Shown: piece after piece, positions 1 to 14,736 of the stretch | Numbering within the stretch: the stretch's first letter is position 1 | Layout of the letters: each line of letters begins with the position of its first letter | Source of the DNA: Eledone cirrhosa | Lineage: Eukaryota | DNA length: 64,000 nt | Direction of reading: 5' to 3' | Assembly (NCBI GenBank): GCA_964016885.1 | Contig: OZ024746.1 | Location: forward strand, 59,148,001-59,212,000 | Notes under the pieces: model-generated | Seen by the model: the letters and a program-made list of their open reading frames with translations, nothing else | What the model was told of the DNA's origin: nothing | The model's database searches: none | Program-made: the position numbers and the translations under genes

Positions 1-1614
1 ACTAGCTCCCTTCTTACCACCATAGGCGCTGAGCTGGTCAGCCGCAGATGTGAGCCTCGGGAGATGGGATGGCTCTTCCAGCGCATCTTCCTTACCATCC
101 TCCGGGGAAACGCCTTCTCCATTCTGTCCGCCGGCGCCGTGGGGGTGGCCAGCCCATGGGACCCCATTTCCACACCATGCAGAGAGATGGGGAGAGCGAG
201 AGAGATGGAGGCGATGACAGTGGGAGCTCGGCTCTTCTGTGTCCAGACCTTGTGTGCAGCGTCAGTTGTCCATAGGGAGGTAATGATTCATACATATATA
301 TGCAAGCCCAAAAGTGTGTGCAGCCAGAGAACACCTGAGAGCTGCCAAGGACCAATTCTATGCTGATCCTACGGAGGACAGGATGGAGACTGTGGAGGTG
401 ATGAGGGAAGAGCTCTGTAACGCTTACACTGAGGTCAGATAGGAGGCACTGATAGAGAAGATCAGAAGTGTGGAGAGAGCGGTTGACAGATCTGGATGTA
501 AGGAGAGCTGGATGATCATCAACGAGATCACAGGGAGGAAGAGAAGGTGTTCGAGTCAGATCCAGGGAAGCCCGAGGATAGGAAGAGGAAATGGCTAGAC
601 CATTTTAGGACCCTACTAGGAGAGCCACCCTCCACAGCCAAGAGCACTGGGGAGATCAGGCGGCTGTTTGAGGAACTGGATGTTGAGACAGAGCCCTTCA
701 CCAGAGAGGAGCTTCAGAGAGCCAAGAAGAAGATCAAGGAGGGCAAGGCTCATGGAGAAGATGGAGTGGCATCAGAGGTGATGAAGAGGTGTGATTTTGA
801 TGATATCATCCTGGGGTTCTGTAACGGGGCACTGGAGAAAAAGGTATCGGATGCTGAATTTGCCCACGACATAGTTTTGGTGACAAATACAGTGAAGGGG
901 GCAGAGGATTTGATGCGGGAGGTTGAGACTGTGTCGATGAGTGTGGGGCTGAGAATGAATGAGACTAAAACAAAATATCTGGCAGAGAATGTTGAGAAGC
1001 CAGAGGGGATCACTAATGTAACGGGAAGCCGCTAGAATTGGTTGAGGGCTTCCTGTATTTGGGAGCAAAGATTGGGAATACGGAAGATGATGTGGTTGAG
1101 AGGAAGAGCAAGGCCTGGGCGGCGTGCCACAGCTTGAGATCGGTGTGGAAGTCGGACCTTTGTAGAGACGTGAGAATCGGCCTCTTCATTGCTGTAGTGG
1201 AGTCTGTGCTGCTGTATGGGTCTGAGACTTGGACACTGACCAAGAAACTCACTCAGATGGTAGATGGGTGCTACACGAGAATGCTGAGGATGGCTCTGAA
1301 CATTAATCAGTATACACTGAGGATGAAAACTCAGAGCTGTATGAGAGTCTCCCAAAAGACAGGTCAAAAGTGACACAGAGGAGATTGAGGTTAGCTGGAC
1401 ATGCTCACCGATATCCAGAGTTGACATTGCACTCAGTGCTCCTATGGTAGCCCCTACATGGACACACTAGAAGAGGAAGACCAAGGTTAAAGTATGTTGA
1501 TGCCCTAAGGACAGACACTGGTCTATTGGAGACGCAGGACATGGCAGCGATAATGAGGGACAGAGACCGCTGGAGAGAACTCGTCCATGGATCTCGGGAA
1601 TTTTACCCGCCTTA

Positions 1615-1617
<3 letters not shown>
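1..1617 (+). mobile_element. Decayed RTE-clade LINE (RT and C-terminal region)
   Basis: Frameshifted ORFs 547-1035 and 1038-1373 with RT motifs (GKAHGEDGV, EFAHDIVL, GLRMNETKT, FLYLG, VESVLLYGSETWTLT); ends at (TA)n. Confidence 0.85.
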
Positions 1618-1660
<43 letters not shown>

Positions 1661-1780
1661 TATTACATTGTTCTCTATCGTTTGACGATAATAATAGCTA
1701 TACCAGCAACAGCAGAAACTCAAGAACTATAACAATACCGGCAACAACGCCACAGCGTCAATAATAGCAACAAAATGAAT

Positions 1781-1984
1781 GGCACAAAGCCAGCAATTTG
1801 GAGGGAAGAGGAAGGTCGATTAGATCGACCTCAGTACATTACTGGTGCTTTATTTTATCGACTTCGTAAGGATGAAAGGCAAAACTAACCTCGGCGGAAT
1901 TTTAACTCAGGGCGTAAAGGGACACAACTCTATGCTGAAAAACATGGTGCCTGACGCTCTACCGATACTGCCAACGGCCCGCCC
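1781..1984 (-). mobile_element. tRNA-derived SINE with Nin/Deu-like body
   Basis: Reverse complement has A/B-box head and GCCTTTCATCCTTACG..GTCGATAAAATAAAG.ACCAG core shared by about 20 copies in the window. Confidence 0.85.
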
Positions 1985-2016
1985 TCACAGCAGCAGTAAT
2001 AATGAATCCTACTAGA

Positions 2017-2158
2017 AGGCATAAGGCCAGCAATTTGTGGGAGGGGTAAAGTCGATTAAATCGGTCCCAGTGCATTACTGGTACTTTATTTTATCGACCC
2101 GTAAGGATGAAAAGCAAAGTTAACCTCTGTGGGATTTGAACTCAGAACGTAAAGGGCC
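2017..2158 (-). mobile_element. Partial SINE, same family
   Basis: Same core, head truncated. Confidence 0.8.
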
Positions 2159-2429
2159 GATCGCTCGCCCTTACAGCAATAGTAATAATAACAGCAGTAA
2201 CAACTGCAACAATAATAACAACAGCAACCAGAGCAACATCAATAACAAAAATACCCCCCCCCCCATAACAACAACAACAACAACCAACTCCACCACAGCA
2301 ATGCATTCATCCCCCCCCCCTCCACCACCACCACAGTAACAACTGCTACAATAACAACGACAGCAACAACCACAGCAACATCAATAAGAAAAATAAGAAC
2401 GACAACAACCAACATCAACCATGATCACC

Positions 2430-3435
2430 ACATGAATGACAATAAGCCCCGTCACCACCACCACCATCACCATCATCACCACCACCACCACCACCACCAC
2501 CACCATCATCACCACCACCACTATCACCAACACCACCATCAACATCACCACCACCATCACCATGACCACTACCACCATCGCCACCACCAACACCACCATC
2601 ACCACCACCATCACCACTACCACTACCATCATCACCACCACCATCACCACCACCATCACCACCATAACCACCACCACCACCACCACCACCATCACCACCA
2701 CCACCACCACCACCCATTAACATCACCACCACCATCACCACCACCACCATCACCACCACCACCCATTAACATAACCACCACCACCACTACCACCACCACC
2801 ATCGCCACCATCACCAACACCACCACCATCACCACCATCACCATCACCACCATCACCACCACCACTACCACCACCACCACCACCACCACTACCACCACCA
2901 CCACCACAACTACCCCCCCCCCCCCCACCACCACCACCCATTAACATCACCACCACCACCACTACCACTACCGCCATCACCACCATCACCACCACCACCA
3001 CCACCATCACCACCACCACCACTACCACCACCACCACCACCACCATCAGCACCACCATCACCACCACCACCACCCATTAACATCACCACCACCACCACTA
3101 CCACCACCACCATCACCACCATCACCACAACCACTACCACCACCTCCATCACCACCATCACCACAACCACCATCACCACCACCACCCATTAACATAACCA
3201 CCACCACCACCACCACCACCATCATCACCACCACCACCACTACCACCACCACCATCACCACCATCACCACCATCACTACCACCACCACCATCACTACCAC
3301 CACCACCATCACCACCACCACCACCCATTAACATCACCACCACCACCACCACCACCGCCACTACCACCACCATCACCACCATCACCACCACCACCACCAT
3401 CACCACCACCACCACCATCACAACCAGCACCAAAC
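2430..3435. repeat. (CAC/CAT)n low-complexity tract with recurring CCACCCATTAACAT unit
   Basis: Direct reading. Confidence 0.95.
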
Positions 3436-3729
3436 CAACAATTTCACTATTAATTTTATGTGGAAATTATCTTGAATGAATTATCATCTGAGAGAGATGA
3501 CAAAGCAAAGTTTGAAGAATTCTCTACAAAAGACACGTGATTTATTCTCTAATTTTGAAGGCAAATAAATGTTTGCTGAGATAATTTGTCGTCTTAACTG
3601 CCAATTCTAGCCGTTATTGATTAAAATCCATCAAAATTCCTCCATCATCAACCCACCTACATACCCTTAACACAATAACTGCAGCAGCAACAACAATAAT
3701 AGCAACGACAGCAACGACAACAAAAACTC

Positions 3730-3754
3730 TACACCAGCACCACCAAACTAACTT

Positions 3755-3793
<39 letters not shown>

Positions 3794-3898
3794 ATACTAC
3801 TACTACTGTTACTACTACTACTACTACTACTACTATTATTACTACTGGTTCTACTACAGCAATACCAGGAAAGACAACTACTACTCTTACAACTACTA

Positions 3899-3949
<51 letters not shown>

Positions 3950-3968
3950 TTACTACTACTGCTACTGT

Positions 3969-4008
<40 letters not shown>

Positions 4009-4010
4009 GT

Positions 4011-4041
<31 letters not shown>

Positions 4042-4043
4042 GT

Positions 4044-4074
<31 letters not shown>

Positions 4075-4126
4075 GGTTCTACTACAGCAATGCTAGGAAA
4101 GACAACTACTACTCTTACAACTACTA

Positions 4127-4161
<35 letters not shown>

Positions 4162-4225
4162 GGTTCTACTACAGCAATGCTAGGAAAGACAACTACTACT
4201 CTTATAACTACTAATACCACTACTG

Positions 4226-4274
<49 letters not shown>

Positions 4275-4340
4275 AACTACTACTACTACAGCAATGTCAG
4301 CAAAGACAACAACTACCACAAACAGCACTACCACCATAAC
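3730..4340. repeat. (ACT)n tract with three copies of a ~60-bp interruption
   Basis: GGTTCTACTACAGCAAT..AGGAAAGACAACTACTACTCTTA recurs three times. Confidence 0.95.
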
Positions 4341-4509
4341 AACAATAACACATCAGATCTCCGCCACCACACCACTAACACTCTACGTAATTTCAACAAA
4401 TCAGATTTAAACACAAGCGAATCTTTTTCGAGGTCAGGTTCAAGAAGTGGTAGACAAATTAATTAATTTTAAATGTTATCCTGAGTGGAGGTGAATACTA
4501 ATGACAATC

Positions 4510-5166
<657 letters not shown>

Positions 5167-5432
5167 ATCATGCGGTGAAGCACATGAGGATGGTGGAGGG
5201 TTATATACGTAGATTACTTCCATGTCTATGCAGTAAGCTATACTTAATGAATGTAAAGGTGTGCCATTCTCGCTACGTGGTATGGCAATAAGATTCGAGG
5301 ATGTTTCGTCGTTTAAGTCAGTTAAATGTTCAAATGTTTATAATTTGTTTCTGGTTTGATTGCAGGGCCCAACATATTTCCCGATTGAATCTTTAGGCCA
5401 CCCTCATGATACACGGTGTGTCGTAGGTGTTT

Positions 5433-5625
5433 TGTGGATTGGCTTGGCAGTATCGGTAGAGGGTCGGACGCCATGCTTTGCAGCAAAGAGTTACGACTCT
5501 TTATGGTCTGAGTTCAAATCCCGCCGAGGTTAACTTTGTCTTTCATGCTTACGGGGTCGATCAAATAAAGCCCCAGTAATACACTGGGATAATTGCTGGC
5601 CTTGTGCCAAAAGTAGAAACAATTA
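5433..5625 (+). mobile_element. SINE (Nin/Deu-like)
   Basis: TGGCAGTATCGGTAGAG A-box, GAGTTCAAATCCC B-box, family core. Confidence 0.85.
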
Positions 5626-5629
5626 TTTT

Positions 5630-5945
5630 ATCAGTATGAATCAAGGTTGAATCCAGATTTATGGTAGGGATTCAAGTTAGAACCATACTTCAAGTAGTGG
5701 TTCTCGATTGATCCATAATTATGTAGTGACTCAAGGTTCAACCTGAGTTCATGTGATGATTCAAGAATAACCCAGGGGCTCATGTAGTGAGTTTAAGACA
5801 CCCAGAGTTCGTGTCATGAATCAATATAGACCCAGGGTTCTGGTAATGGATTAACGTTGAACCAGGGTTCATGCAGTTATTCAAGGTGCAAGCTGAGTCA
5901 CGTAGTGATTCAACATTGACCTGAGTTCATGTAGTGAATCTAGAT
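5630..5945. repeat. Degenerate ~30-bp minisatellite
   Basis: About 10 copies of GATTCAAGGTTGAACCCAGGGTTCATGTAGT-like unit. Confidence 0.8.
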
Positions 5946-6106
5946 TATTACTTTTGTTGATTTCTCAGTTTTTAATATTGGTCCTTTGTTATTTCGATGT
6001 AAATCAATTTAGTCGTGTTTTTCCGTCCTGGTATAGTTCCTGAAGCTGAGAGCTCTTGTGGCCAATAAAAGAAATTATCATTATCATTATTGCCATTATA
6101 ATGGCG

Positions 6107-6145
<39 letters not shown>

Positions 6146-7254
6146 GATATTATTACTAATTGAATACGACCTAATTAATCTATAATTGCCACGGAAACGG
6201 AATAAGTTTATATTACAATTTCTATTAATTTTCGGGTGATGGAGATGCTATTTTTTCTCTCGATTTCTAAGTCCAGAATTGTCTGACTCATTCGATCCTT
6301 ACAATAAAACAATACCACACAACTCTTTATTATTTTACCCACCAGCAACACAAACAACAATAATACCGGACCTACACCAACCACAACCAGCAGCAGCACC
6401 ACCTCAACAACCACCCCCCGCCGCCATCAACCACTCCTCTCTATGACCTATTTATTTTACTCTATATTATTTCTTTCCTTTCTTTATCTCTGTCTTCTAT
6501 GTTAGTCATCGAACTGTTTACAATTATTCTTACATCGGAACCATTTATTTCTGCCGCCACCACCATCAACTCCATCATGACCATCACCATCACTAGAGCC
6601 AGTTCTCTTAGTTACCATACTGTTACATGGTGTTGCTGATTAGTTCTTTAACCACATGTCAATCTACGACCAGCAAACCCTATTATAATTGAGGGTCCAG
6701 CTACTACCTTTCTTTCTCTTATTTAGACACAGTATATCTTGAACAACATTATCTAGTGCACTCTTCTCTGTAATTGTTATTTAATCACAGATCAGTACTG
6801 ATTCAGATAGACCTATGACTAATGGTGTTCTAGCCACCACCATCTCAAGACAGTGTTTCTATGACTACATTATCTTGTGCAGCAGTCCCTAGTTATAGCA
6901 CAGCATCAGGTCAGCCCCGATGATTGATGTTCTAGACATTATATTTAGTGCAGTTTTTCTTTGTAGCTGTTGTTTAGCCACGTTAGTTTCTACATACAAT
7001 ATTCTAACCTATATTCATTTAACCCAAAACATAACAGCTTCATCCTTCATATAGAACATCTGTTCTTCTCTTGTAACCTACTTCGACTGACAAATTTAGA
7101 TTAACATTAATTGCATCTGAGAGGACATGCGATGTCCATGGATATATCCCTGCTTACCAAGTAAAGCATTAACAAAATACTAACTTCAGGGAATATATTC
7201 GCAATTTCAACATACATATAGATTTCAAATAAAAAATCTTCTTGTTTGAATAAT

Positions 7255-7450
7255 GGTTTCTAATTTAGGAACAAGGCCCACAATATGTGGGGGGAAAGAA
7301 CATTCGATTAAATCTACCCCCAGTGCATGACTGGTGCTTTACTTTATCGAGACCGGAATGATGAAAAGAAAAGTTTATATTGAAGTGAGTTGAAACTAAA
7401 AGGTTAAAAGCTCAAATAATCGCTTTAACTATTCTACCAATACTCCAATC
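7255..7450 (-). mobile_element. Diverged SINE copy
   Basis: Weak match to family tail and core. Confidence 0.6.
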
Positions 7451-7531
7451 TAACGATTTTAATTGAGGAATAGGGTCAGTATTTTATTGGAAGGGAATGT
7501 GGATTGAAGTTCCCTCAATACTTGGTTGTTA

Positions 7532-7700
7532 CGTGGATTGGCAAAATTGGTAGAGCGTCGGACAAAATACTTTGCAGTATTTGGTTATGGCCCTTTACGT
7601 TCTCTGTTCAAATCTTGCCGAAATTAGCTTTGCCTGTCATCCCCACGGGGTCAATAAAATAAAGTACCAGTGCTAGCATTGTGCCCTATGAAGAAACAAT
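7532..7700 (+). mobile_element. SINE (Nin/Deu-like)
   Basis: Head and core motifs. Confidence 0.8.
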
Positions 7701-7759
7701 TACTTTATCGACCTCCAATATATAGATATAGATAGGGATGAGATATTCGGTATTCGTGC

Positions 7760-8183
7760 CAAACCTTACCTATCATCATGAACCTTGGGTAATAACCGAA
7801 GAAAATATAAACGACCAAAATGGGGTTCCCCCGAAGGGACTTTGGAATAATGTTAATGGGCAGAGTGCGTAGCTCGGCGATCAGAGAGTCACTCCAGGTA
7901 GAACCGCTACTTCTCCGAATTGAGAGATCACAGCTCCGATATTATGGACATGGGGTTAGAATATCTCAGGAAAGAATCGCTGAACAGATTTTACGGGCAA
8001 AAACAACTGGGAGGAGAATCAGGAGTAGACCCCGAGCAAGATGCTTGGATAACTTCCATGATGCTTGGATAACTTCCATTCTTGGGTGGTCTCGCATGGG
8101 GATCCAGCCGGATCAGTTGGAGAAGGTTACTTCTGACAGGACCCGCTGGAAGGAGTATGTCAGGACTCTGCCCCTACGACCCT
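7760..8183 (+). mobile_element. RTE-superfamily (Expander/Rex3-like) LINE 3' fragment
   Basis: QVEPLLLRIERSQLRYYGH..R...ER...GRR.R.RPR C-terminal signature; internal 20-bp duplication near 8040-8079. Confidence 0.75.
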
Positions 8184-8510
8184 ACACTGTCTGCCAATGG
8201 ATCGTCGATGCCTGGGCCAAGGTATCGGTATCAACTGTCGTCCGAGCTTTCGTGAAGGCCGGAATCATCACTGAACAGCCAGGTAACAGCGATGATACTC
8301 ATTCCGACGATGATGAGATGGATCCGGGAAAGCTTGATGCCGAAAACGCCCAACTGTTAAACTCAGTATACAGAGGATGAAGACTTTAATGGGTTTGTGG
8401 ATCAAGAAGAGGAACGGGAATAAAGTGACTTTGAAAATTTTCTGTATTGTCTGTATTACTAAAGTGAACACTATTGAGTGTTATTAATGTGAATGACTTG
8501 AATAAAGTGA
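8184..8510 (+). mobile_element. pogo/Tigger-like transposase C-terminal fragment
   Basis: TVCQWIVDAWAKVSVSTVVRAFVKAGI followed by an acidic tail is typical of pogo-type DDE transposase ends. Confidence 0.7.
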
Positions 8511-8787
8511 TTCACATTTGATTTTCGATTAAATGATGAATACTCTCCTAGAAATACTCTCCTAGAAATATCTTATAAATTATTACTACCCTTAAAAGAA
8601 AAAACCATATTGAATAATGAATTTCTATAAGCTATGTGTGAAAAATATACATGTTGTGCATGATGGCTGCAATATCAATTAACAAATATATTCTGGATTA
8701 AGGTGGAATTGAACTAAGGAAATCCAATTTCATTCGCACTTTCCTTAATCATATATTTAATGTTAAAAACGGTGTCAAATAACAAGT

Positions 8788-8879
8788 CAAGTGATAGCTC
8801 AGTTGCTAGAGCGTAGCACTGAAGTTTGTTATAGTTAGTTGACATCATTAGGTCGATGGTTCGAATCCGTCTCAAGAGA
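8788..8879 (+). pseudogene. Intron-containing tRNA-Tyr-derived pseudogene; anticodon now GAA
   Basis: ATAGCTCAGTTGcTAGAGCG..ACTGaAG + 19-nt intron + ATCaTTAGGTCGaTGGTTCGAATCCG matches metazoan tRNA-Tyr; acceptor stem broken. Confidence 0.75.
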
Positions 8880-9382
8880 TTAATATAGGTAGATAGACAG
8901 GTAGATAGTTAAATAGAAGAAGAATCCCATCCCCCTACCTTTTCCTCACTAAAGACTATGCGTTTCCCCTTTACCTTTTTAGAAGTAGAAGTTTTTATAT
9001 CCGTGTGTGCGCGCGTATATATCTATGTTTGTGTGAATGTGTGCGTTTATGTATGTTTTTTTCTTTTCCCGAAAGGATTTTAAGTGTTTATATACAATGT
9101 TACCACATGATTGGTGTCAGGGTTGTATTTTAAAACACAAATAATTGAATTACAGTCTTGTTCCTTCCACCACACTTCGCACTAATTCTGAGAGCTTTAG
9201 GCTTTAGACAGATACCATTCTGACATGTCTATTAGCAGTTCTAAGTTAGTCTTCTTTATAAAATTATATAAAACAAGAAAAGTTGAAGTTTAAATACGTG
9301 ATTTAAGCGTAGAATCCCATAATAACTCATTACCTCCTTACGCACACCAGGTCCGAAAATTAGGAATTATCCTATACATTAC

Positions 9383-9719
9383 AGGTACTTTATTTTATCG
9401 ACCCGTAAGGATGAAAGGCAAAGTTAACCTCGGCGGGATTTGAACCCAGACCGTAAAGGGCCGTGACTCAATGCTGCAAAGCATGGCGTCCGACCCTCTA
9501 CCGATACTGCCAATCCACCGTTGATTTAATAATTGTTTCTACTTTTGGCACAAGGCCAGCAATTACCCAGTGCATTACTGGTACTTTATTTTATCGACCC
9601 CGTAAGGATGAAAGGCAAAGTTAACCTCTGTGGGATTTGAACCCAGACCACAAAGGGCCGTGACTCAATGCTGCAAAGCATTGCGTCCGACCCTCTACCG
9701 ATACTGCCAATCCACCGTT
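9383..9719 (-). mobile_element. Two tandem SINE copies (9383-9521, 9533-9719)
   Basis: Family head and core twice, each followed by TTGATTTAATAAT. Confidence 0.85.
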
Positions 9720-10527
9720 GATTTAATAATATCCGAAATTTATGACCGGAAACAGAGTTAGAGAGATAGATATATGAAATATAAAGGGAATGCATTCTTT
9801 CTTTGAAATGATTAAATTTAGCTCAAATGACACGTGAGTAAATTAGATAGAAAAACTGTTGTAATTGTTTTCTTTCATTAGTTACCACTTAACTCCTTTC
9901 ACTCCATAGCAAGTATTTTGAATTTAACCGAACAGAAACAAATATTTATGATATCTATCTCGTTCCATATTTATGGACTTCTGACCAATAAAATAATGGA
10001 ATGTCATACAAAATCAACAAGGCGAGAAACATGAAAATATATAGCTTCATTTATATGCTTTATGACTTTGAAAAGATCCCTTTCCATTAGTTAATTAGAT
10101 ATAAGAATTATCCAGAAATTTTATATTTACAAAAATAATAAAAACAATAGAAATATTTCCTTATTGTTTTTGTTGTGTGTAGGTTTATTGAATATTTAAA
10201 TTAGCTAAAAATACATTAAAATTGCTGCCATTGGCATTCTTTATGATTGGAAGGAGTAAAGGAAATCTACAAAAAAGAAAAAGAAATATGACAAAATAAC
10301 CATATTACTAAATTTAAAATATCGTAATTTTCCTTTATATACATATATGCATGTAGGGAGGTGAGTGTGTATGGGGGTGTGCATGTATATACGTATATAT
10401 ATACATATGTATATGCATATATATATATAGAGAGAGATACATAGATGTGTTTGTATATATATATATATATATATATATAGACATATATGCATATGTATAT
10501 ATGTATATATATATACATATATACATA

Positions 10528-10569
<42 letters not shown>

Positions 10570-10596
10570 TATATATATATGCATATGTATATATGC

Positions 10597-10640
<44 letters not shown>

Positions 10641-10673
10641 ATATATGTCTCTTTCTTTCTCTCTCTCTATATA

Positions 10674-10768
<95 letters not shown>

Positions 10769-11279
10769 AACATATGTATCTCTCTCTCTCTATATATATA
10801 TATGCATATACATATCTATATATATATATATATATACGTATATACATGATCGAATATGCAAAAAAAAGGAAGAAATTGCAAAAGATTTTAACCATTCCGC
10901 TTGAAATTCAATTGTGAAAATATTCTGTTCCACCGAGATAAACATAATACCTATTTTATGCCATACACACACACACACATACACATACAGATACGCACAC
11001 ACTCACACACACACAGAAACAAACAGACACACAAATGTTGGTATATGCAAAGCAAAAATATTAACGAAACCATCTATAAAAAAAATATGCTAATATATAT
11101 CATATTTCTTACTAGATGACATGTATCGCCTGTTCTATCTGTGAAGTAGGAATGGAAGAACAGGAAGGGGAGGAAGAAAAGGGGTCAGGAAGAGGAGGCC
11201 AGAAGTAGAAAGAATAGGGTATATAACACCTCCCTTGCAATTATGTTCCTTCCATACACATACATACACACCCATTATG

Positions 11280-11357
<78 letters not shown>

Positions 11358-11363
11358 TATATT

Positions 11364-11427
<64 letters not shown>

Positions 11428-11977
11428 AGTATGTATGTATATATGTATAGGGTAATATCCATTCAAAATATACCCAATTATATTTTTATAGATACTATCC
11501 GTTTGTTTTCACGTTTTTAAGGAAAATTTTCCATCAATCACAACTGGAAATAGAGTACGATGCATACATAAATATATAAATGCTGTAACTTCCTAATTCT
11601 TCTCTATTGATATTATTATTACTGTTGTTATTATTATTGTTATTATTATCATTATTACTATCATTATTTTTATTATATTTATTTTTATATTTATTAATGT
11701 TTTCCAATAAAATACCCTTTTCACATTCATCCACATTTCAAAATTTACTTCCAATAACAATGAAGCAAAGTTTATTTTTGTAATTTTTTTTTGTTATTAT
11801 ACTAGCTTAGAGTTGTTGGTGTTCTTTTAATTGTATTTTTAAGGGGTTATTTTGCACTCCTCTTCTCCTATGTTATTCTATTCACAATATATACACGCAA
11901 ACTTCAAATAGAATACCATAATATAGCCACAGTGACTATAGTAGAAGTCACTGCATCACTTGTGTGTCTATTGCATA

Positions 11978-12008
<31 letters not shown>

Positions 12009-12066
12009 GTGTGTTTGTGTGTATATATAATGTATATTATACATTATATAGACAGATAGGTAGATT

Positions 12067-12108
<42 letters not shown>

Positions 12109-12119
12109 TACATACACAC

Positions 12120-12184
<65 letters not shown>

Positions 12185-12643
12185 TAGATACACACATATA
12201 TATATACATATATATATATATGTATATATATATATACAGATGTGCATATATACATATGGCGCGCAACATTATTTACCTAACTGCATGTATATTCGATTAC
12301 GCGAATGAATTTGATAAATTGTAAAGTGTATCGATCATTATGCAAAGTAATAAAAGACTACAGGAAAATGGAATGGTAAATACATATACATACATGACCA
12401 AATATAGAACTTCAACCATATAGTTTCAGATATTCGTATATATATATACACACACACAAATAAATTTACCCATATGCGAAAAATAAACGGAAAACAACAC
12501 AGCAAGACGATACAGAACAATAAAAATGCATATTAGTTGAACGTTTGACATAATAGAAAAAAAGAAAATAGAATGAGAAATAAAAAAGAAATAGAAAGAT
12601 AGAGAAGAAGACTTTTTTTGTACATACACACAGAGATATACGT

Positions 12644-12678
<35 letters not shown>

Positions 12679-12679
12679 C

Positions 12680-12830
12680 GAAGGTAGTCTAAGGACAGCA
12701 GCAACTAACTCCCTCTTACACCAATGGCCATCCAACACAGGCCGGATATAGAACATGTAGTAACAAGGGCGCTGCCCCAGCATGGCCTTAGCCGGCTGAC
12801 TGGAACAGTTAAAAGAGTAAAAGAGTAATA
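12680..12830 (+). mobile_element. CR1-like LINE extreme 3' end
   Basis: RTAATNSLLHQ C-terminus, 3' UTR homologous to 13765-13870, (TAAAAGAG)2 tail. Confidence 0.65.
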
Positions 12831-12856
12831 TATATATATTATATATAATATATAAG

Positions 12857-13044
12857 GGCGGGGGATTGGCAGTATCGGTAGAGAGTCGAACACCATGCTT
12901 TGAAGCATAGAGTTACGTCCCTTTATGATCTGAGTTCAAATCCCGCCGAGGTTAACTTTGCCTTTCATCCTTACGGGGTCGATAAAATAAAGTACCAGTA
13001 ATGTACTGGGTAATTGCTGGCCTTGTGCCTAAAATAGAAACAAT
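12857..13044 (+). mobile_element. SINE (Nin/Deu-like)
   Basis: Head and core motifs. Confidence 0.85.
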
Positions 13045-13046
13045 TA

Positions 13047-13645
13047 TATATAATATATAAGATCAAAAGATGGTTAAATGAGTTCCATGTATTTTATTAT
13101 GCGCATTTCAAAAACAAATATCATCATGCAATAACATTTGTGTTTTCATCAGATAAAATGGGAAGACATGATATGAAGGTTAAAAACACTTGTGGATAGT
13201 ACAGTTTTAAATCAACATATGAAAAGTAGTTTTAGATTGATGTGTCATATTGGGGCGAAAATTTTTTTTATGGGGGGTGGGGTGGAAAGGATGAAAAAGA
13301 GGAGGAGATGAGAGTAAAAAGTGGAGGGGGAGGAGTATAATGAGTATTCCTCATTATACTCCTCCCCCTCCACTTTTTACTCTCATCTCCTCCTCTTTTT
13401 CATCCTTTCCAACCTCCCCCCCCTTCAAAAAAAAATTTTCCACAATATCACACATCAATCTAAAACTACTTTTCATATGTTGATTTAAAACTGCACTATC
13501 CACAAGTGTTTTTAACCTTCATATCATGTCTTCCCAATTTATCTGATGAAAACACAAATGTTATTGCATGATGATATTTGTTTTTGAATGCGCATAATAA
13601 AATACATGTAACTCATTTAACCATCTTTTGATCTTATATATTATG
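13047..13645. mobile_element. Fold-back Penelope-like pLTR element with hammerhead
   Basis: ~295-bp inverted arms centred near 13347, AT-rich flanks. Confidence 0.8.
13091..13159 (-). ncRNA. Type-I hammerhead ribozyme
   Basis: ATTTTAT-CTGATGA-[~16-bp stem II, loop GCAT]-GAAAT-GCGC-ATA-ATAAAAT. Confidence 0.8.
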
Positions 13646-13731
13646 TATACTCCAGTCCTACAAACTGTAGAGTGCTTCTTATCCGATATCTGCATTGCTT
13701 TATTGTACTACAATAAAACTCACCTTCTACA

Positions 13732-13764
<33 letters not shown>

Positions 13765-13765
<1 letters not shown>

Positions 13766-14060
13766 TACTCTTTTAACTGTTCAAGCCATCCGGCTGAGGC
13801 CATTCTTGGGCACCGACCTTGTTACTTCGCAATCTATCTCCAGCCTTTGTTGACTGGCCATTGATGCTAGAGGAAGTTCGTTGCTGCTGCCCTTGGGTTA
13901 TCTTCGTATCGTGCTGTGGACTCATCCGGGATCCTGGATAGCAGGGTGTCTTGGTGTTTCTTGAAAACATCCACGTCCACATCATGCATATCTCTGAAAT
14001 TGTTTGGCAGCTTGTTGAAGTGCTGAGGACCCTTGAACCCCAGGCTATTTAAATATCTGC
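13765..14060 (-). mobile_element. CR1-like LINE 3' fragment
   Basis: NSLGFKGPQHFNKLP...VDVFKKHQD.LLSRIPDE C-terminal signature. Confidence 0.75.
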
Positions 14061-14285
14061 TCCTTATTATATATATATACATATATACACACACATAAAG
14101 AGAAAGAGAAACGGAAAGCAGTTTTAGAATTTTAGAGATATACACCTTCTCTGTCTTCCTTATTTAGGTTTATATGTGTGTATATATATACATAAATACT
14201 TATGTGTATATATATATATACATAAATACTTATATTCATATAATATACATATATATATGTGTGTCTGTGTGTGTGCCTGTGTGTG

Positions 14286-14331
<46 letters not shown>

Positions 14332-14335
14332 AATA

Positions 14336-14512
14336 ATTGTTTCTACGTTAGGCACAAGGCCAGAAATTACCCAGTGTATTACTGGTACTTTATTTTATCG
14401 ACCCCGTAAAGATGAAAGGCAAAGTTTACCTCGGCGGGATTTGAACTCAGAATGGCAAGGGCCGTAACTCTATGCGTCGAAGCATGGCGTCCGACCCTCT
14501 ACCAATACTGCC
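14336..14512 (-). mobile_element. SINE (Nin/Deu-like)
   Basis: Head and core motifs. Confidence 0.85.
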
Positions 14513-14514
14513 AG

Positions 14515-14736
14515 ACAGTCGACAGTCGATCAAATCTTCGTCAAATCGGACCGAGGCAACAATGTTTCCGTTGGTCTTTCCAATTGCTAATACTACCTAT
14601 CGGTCGCAACTCTAGGTAGAAGGAGGAACGTGAAATAAAGTGTTTTTCCCCAGGGCATAACACATCGCCCAGTCCGGGAATTGAACTCACAGCCTCACAA
14701 ATGCGAATCCAATGTTCTAACCACTCAGCCACGCAC
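14515..14736 (-). mobile_element. Second tRNA-derived SINE family
   Basis: GCGTGGCTGAGTGGTTAGA A-box, GAGTTCAATTCCC B-box, different body. Confidence 0.65.

Noticed and set aside
2381-4410. Poly-His, poly-Thr and poly-Val ORFs
   Set aside because: Trinucleotide repeats with no domain or splice evidence
5205-5222. CGTAGATTACTTCC shared with the 310-bp unit
   Set aside because: Too short and no ribozyme core upstream
7820-8380. Novel LINE-transposase fusion gene
   Set aside because: Chance in-frame junction of two truncated fragments with no catalytic cores
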